DNA of 64,000 nucleotides from Nitrosopumilus sp. (GTDB lineage Archaea; Thermoproteota; Nitrososphaeria; Nitrososphaerales; Nitrosopumilaceae): NCBI GenBank assembly GCA_965207075.1, contig CBDBLO010000002.1, positions 1,216,001 to 1,280,000 of the forward strand, read 5' to 3'. Shown piece by piece: positions 63,618 to 64,000 of this stretch (position 1 is its first letter; each line of letters starts with the position of its first letter). The notes under the pieces were generated by a model. It saw only the letters and a program-made list of their open reading frames with translations, ran no database searches and was not told where the DNA came from. The position numbers and the translations under genes were made by a program.

Positions 63618-64000
63618 TTGGCATTATCATGACGCGAGCGTCTATGAAAGCATTGCTTGAGGAGATACGGCAGCGCCTACTGCGCGACGTCATACAGGAC
63701 GCGTGCGCCGCGCTTGACGGGGCCAGTGACGGCGGCCATCATGCCCGCACCCTGCCCTTTGACGTCTCGCTTTCAAGGCCCGGATTTGGCGACGCAAGCT
63801 CAAACGTCGCCTTTCTGCTTGCCGGACGGCTCAAGATGAGCCCCCCTGATATTGCGCGCGCCATATCTGCCAAGTACAACGAGCGCAACCCCCCCGGGGG
63901 GCTTGTGGTGCGCTCCGTACCGCACCCGTCCGGGCACGTCAACTTTGAGGCCGACTGGGCGCAGCTCTCTGAGATCATCCTGTCCGGCGCCGGGCTAGAC
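63614..64000 (+). CDS. argS: Arginyl-tRNA synthetase, 5' part
   Basis: GFGDASSNVAFLLA..LK.SP..IA...GHVNF N-terminal domain; runs off window. Confidence 0.88.
   Translation, partial: MIGIIMTRASMKALLEEIRQRLLRDVIQDACAALDGASDGGHHARTLPFDVSLSRPGFGDASSNVAFLLAGRLKMSPPDIARAISAKYNERNPPGGLVVRSVPHPSGHVNFEADWAQLSEIILSGAGLD

Overview
GC-rich archaeal DNA, most likely from an ammonia-oxidising archaeon (Nitrososphaerota/Thaumarchaeota). This assignment rests on the recognisable style of ArgRS, NrdJ, Hjc, the J-domain protein and the thermonuclease, not on a database search. About 1-62.4 kb looks like part of one large integrated mobile element, and only the last ~1.1 kb (HAD phosphatase, argS) looks like ordinary chromosome. 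The left arm (minus strand, ~1.3-19.1 kb) is a nearly gap-free, translationally coupled array of roughly 50 tiny, mostly Cys/His-rich zinc-finger proteins. It also holds two half-methyltransferases and live and degenerate HNH proteins, and ends in RNA ligase - tRNA-Arg - NAMPT. The 19-28 kb cargo block has Mrr, three MNT-HEPN fusions, a SAM methyltransferase, a wHTH/protease pair and a J-domain protein. An AT-rich, repeat-laden origin-like region sits at 28.2-28.9 kb. A TFB-led operon encodes small membrane proteins, a ParB-like protein and a prepilin peptidase. A ~1 kb non-coding CGCGCGCG array lies at 35.3-36.3 kb, followed by tmk, tRNA-Met and class II RNR. A VirB4 + VirB11/TadA-like + PrgI-like + type IV pilin module follows. 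The right arm (plus strand) carries a DNA methyltransferase, more zinc-finger microproteins, ASCH and Hjc. No integrase, capsid, terminase, relaxase or CRISPR array is recognisable in the window. All calls come from reading motifs by eye, and many start codons were re-placed from the ORF track using stop/start overlaps.
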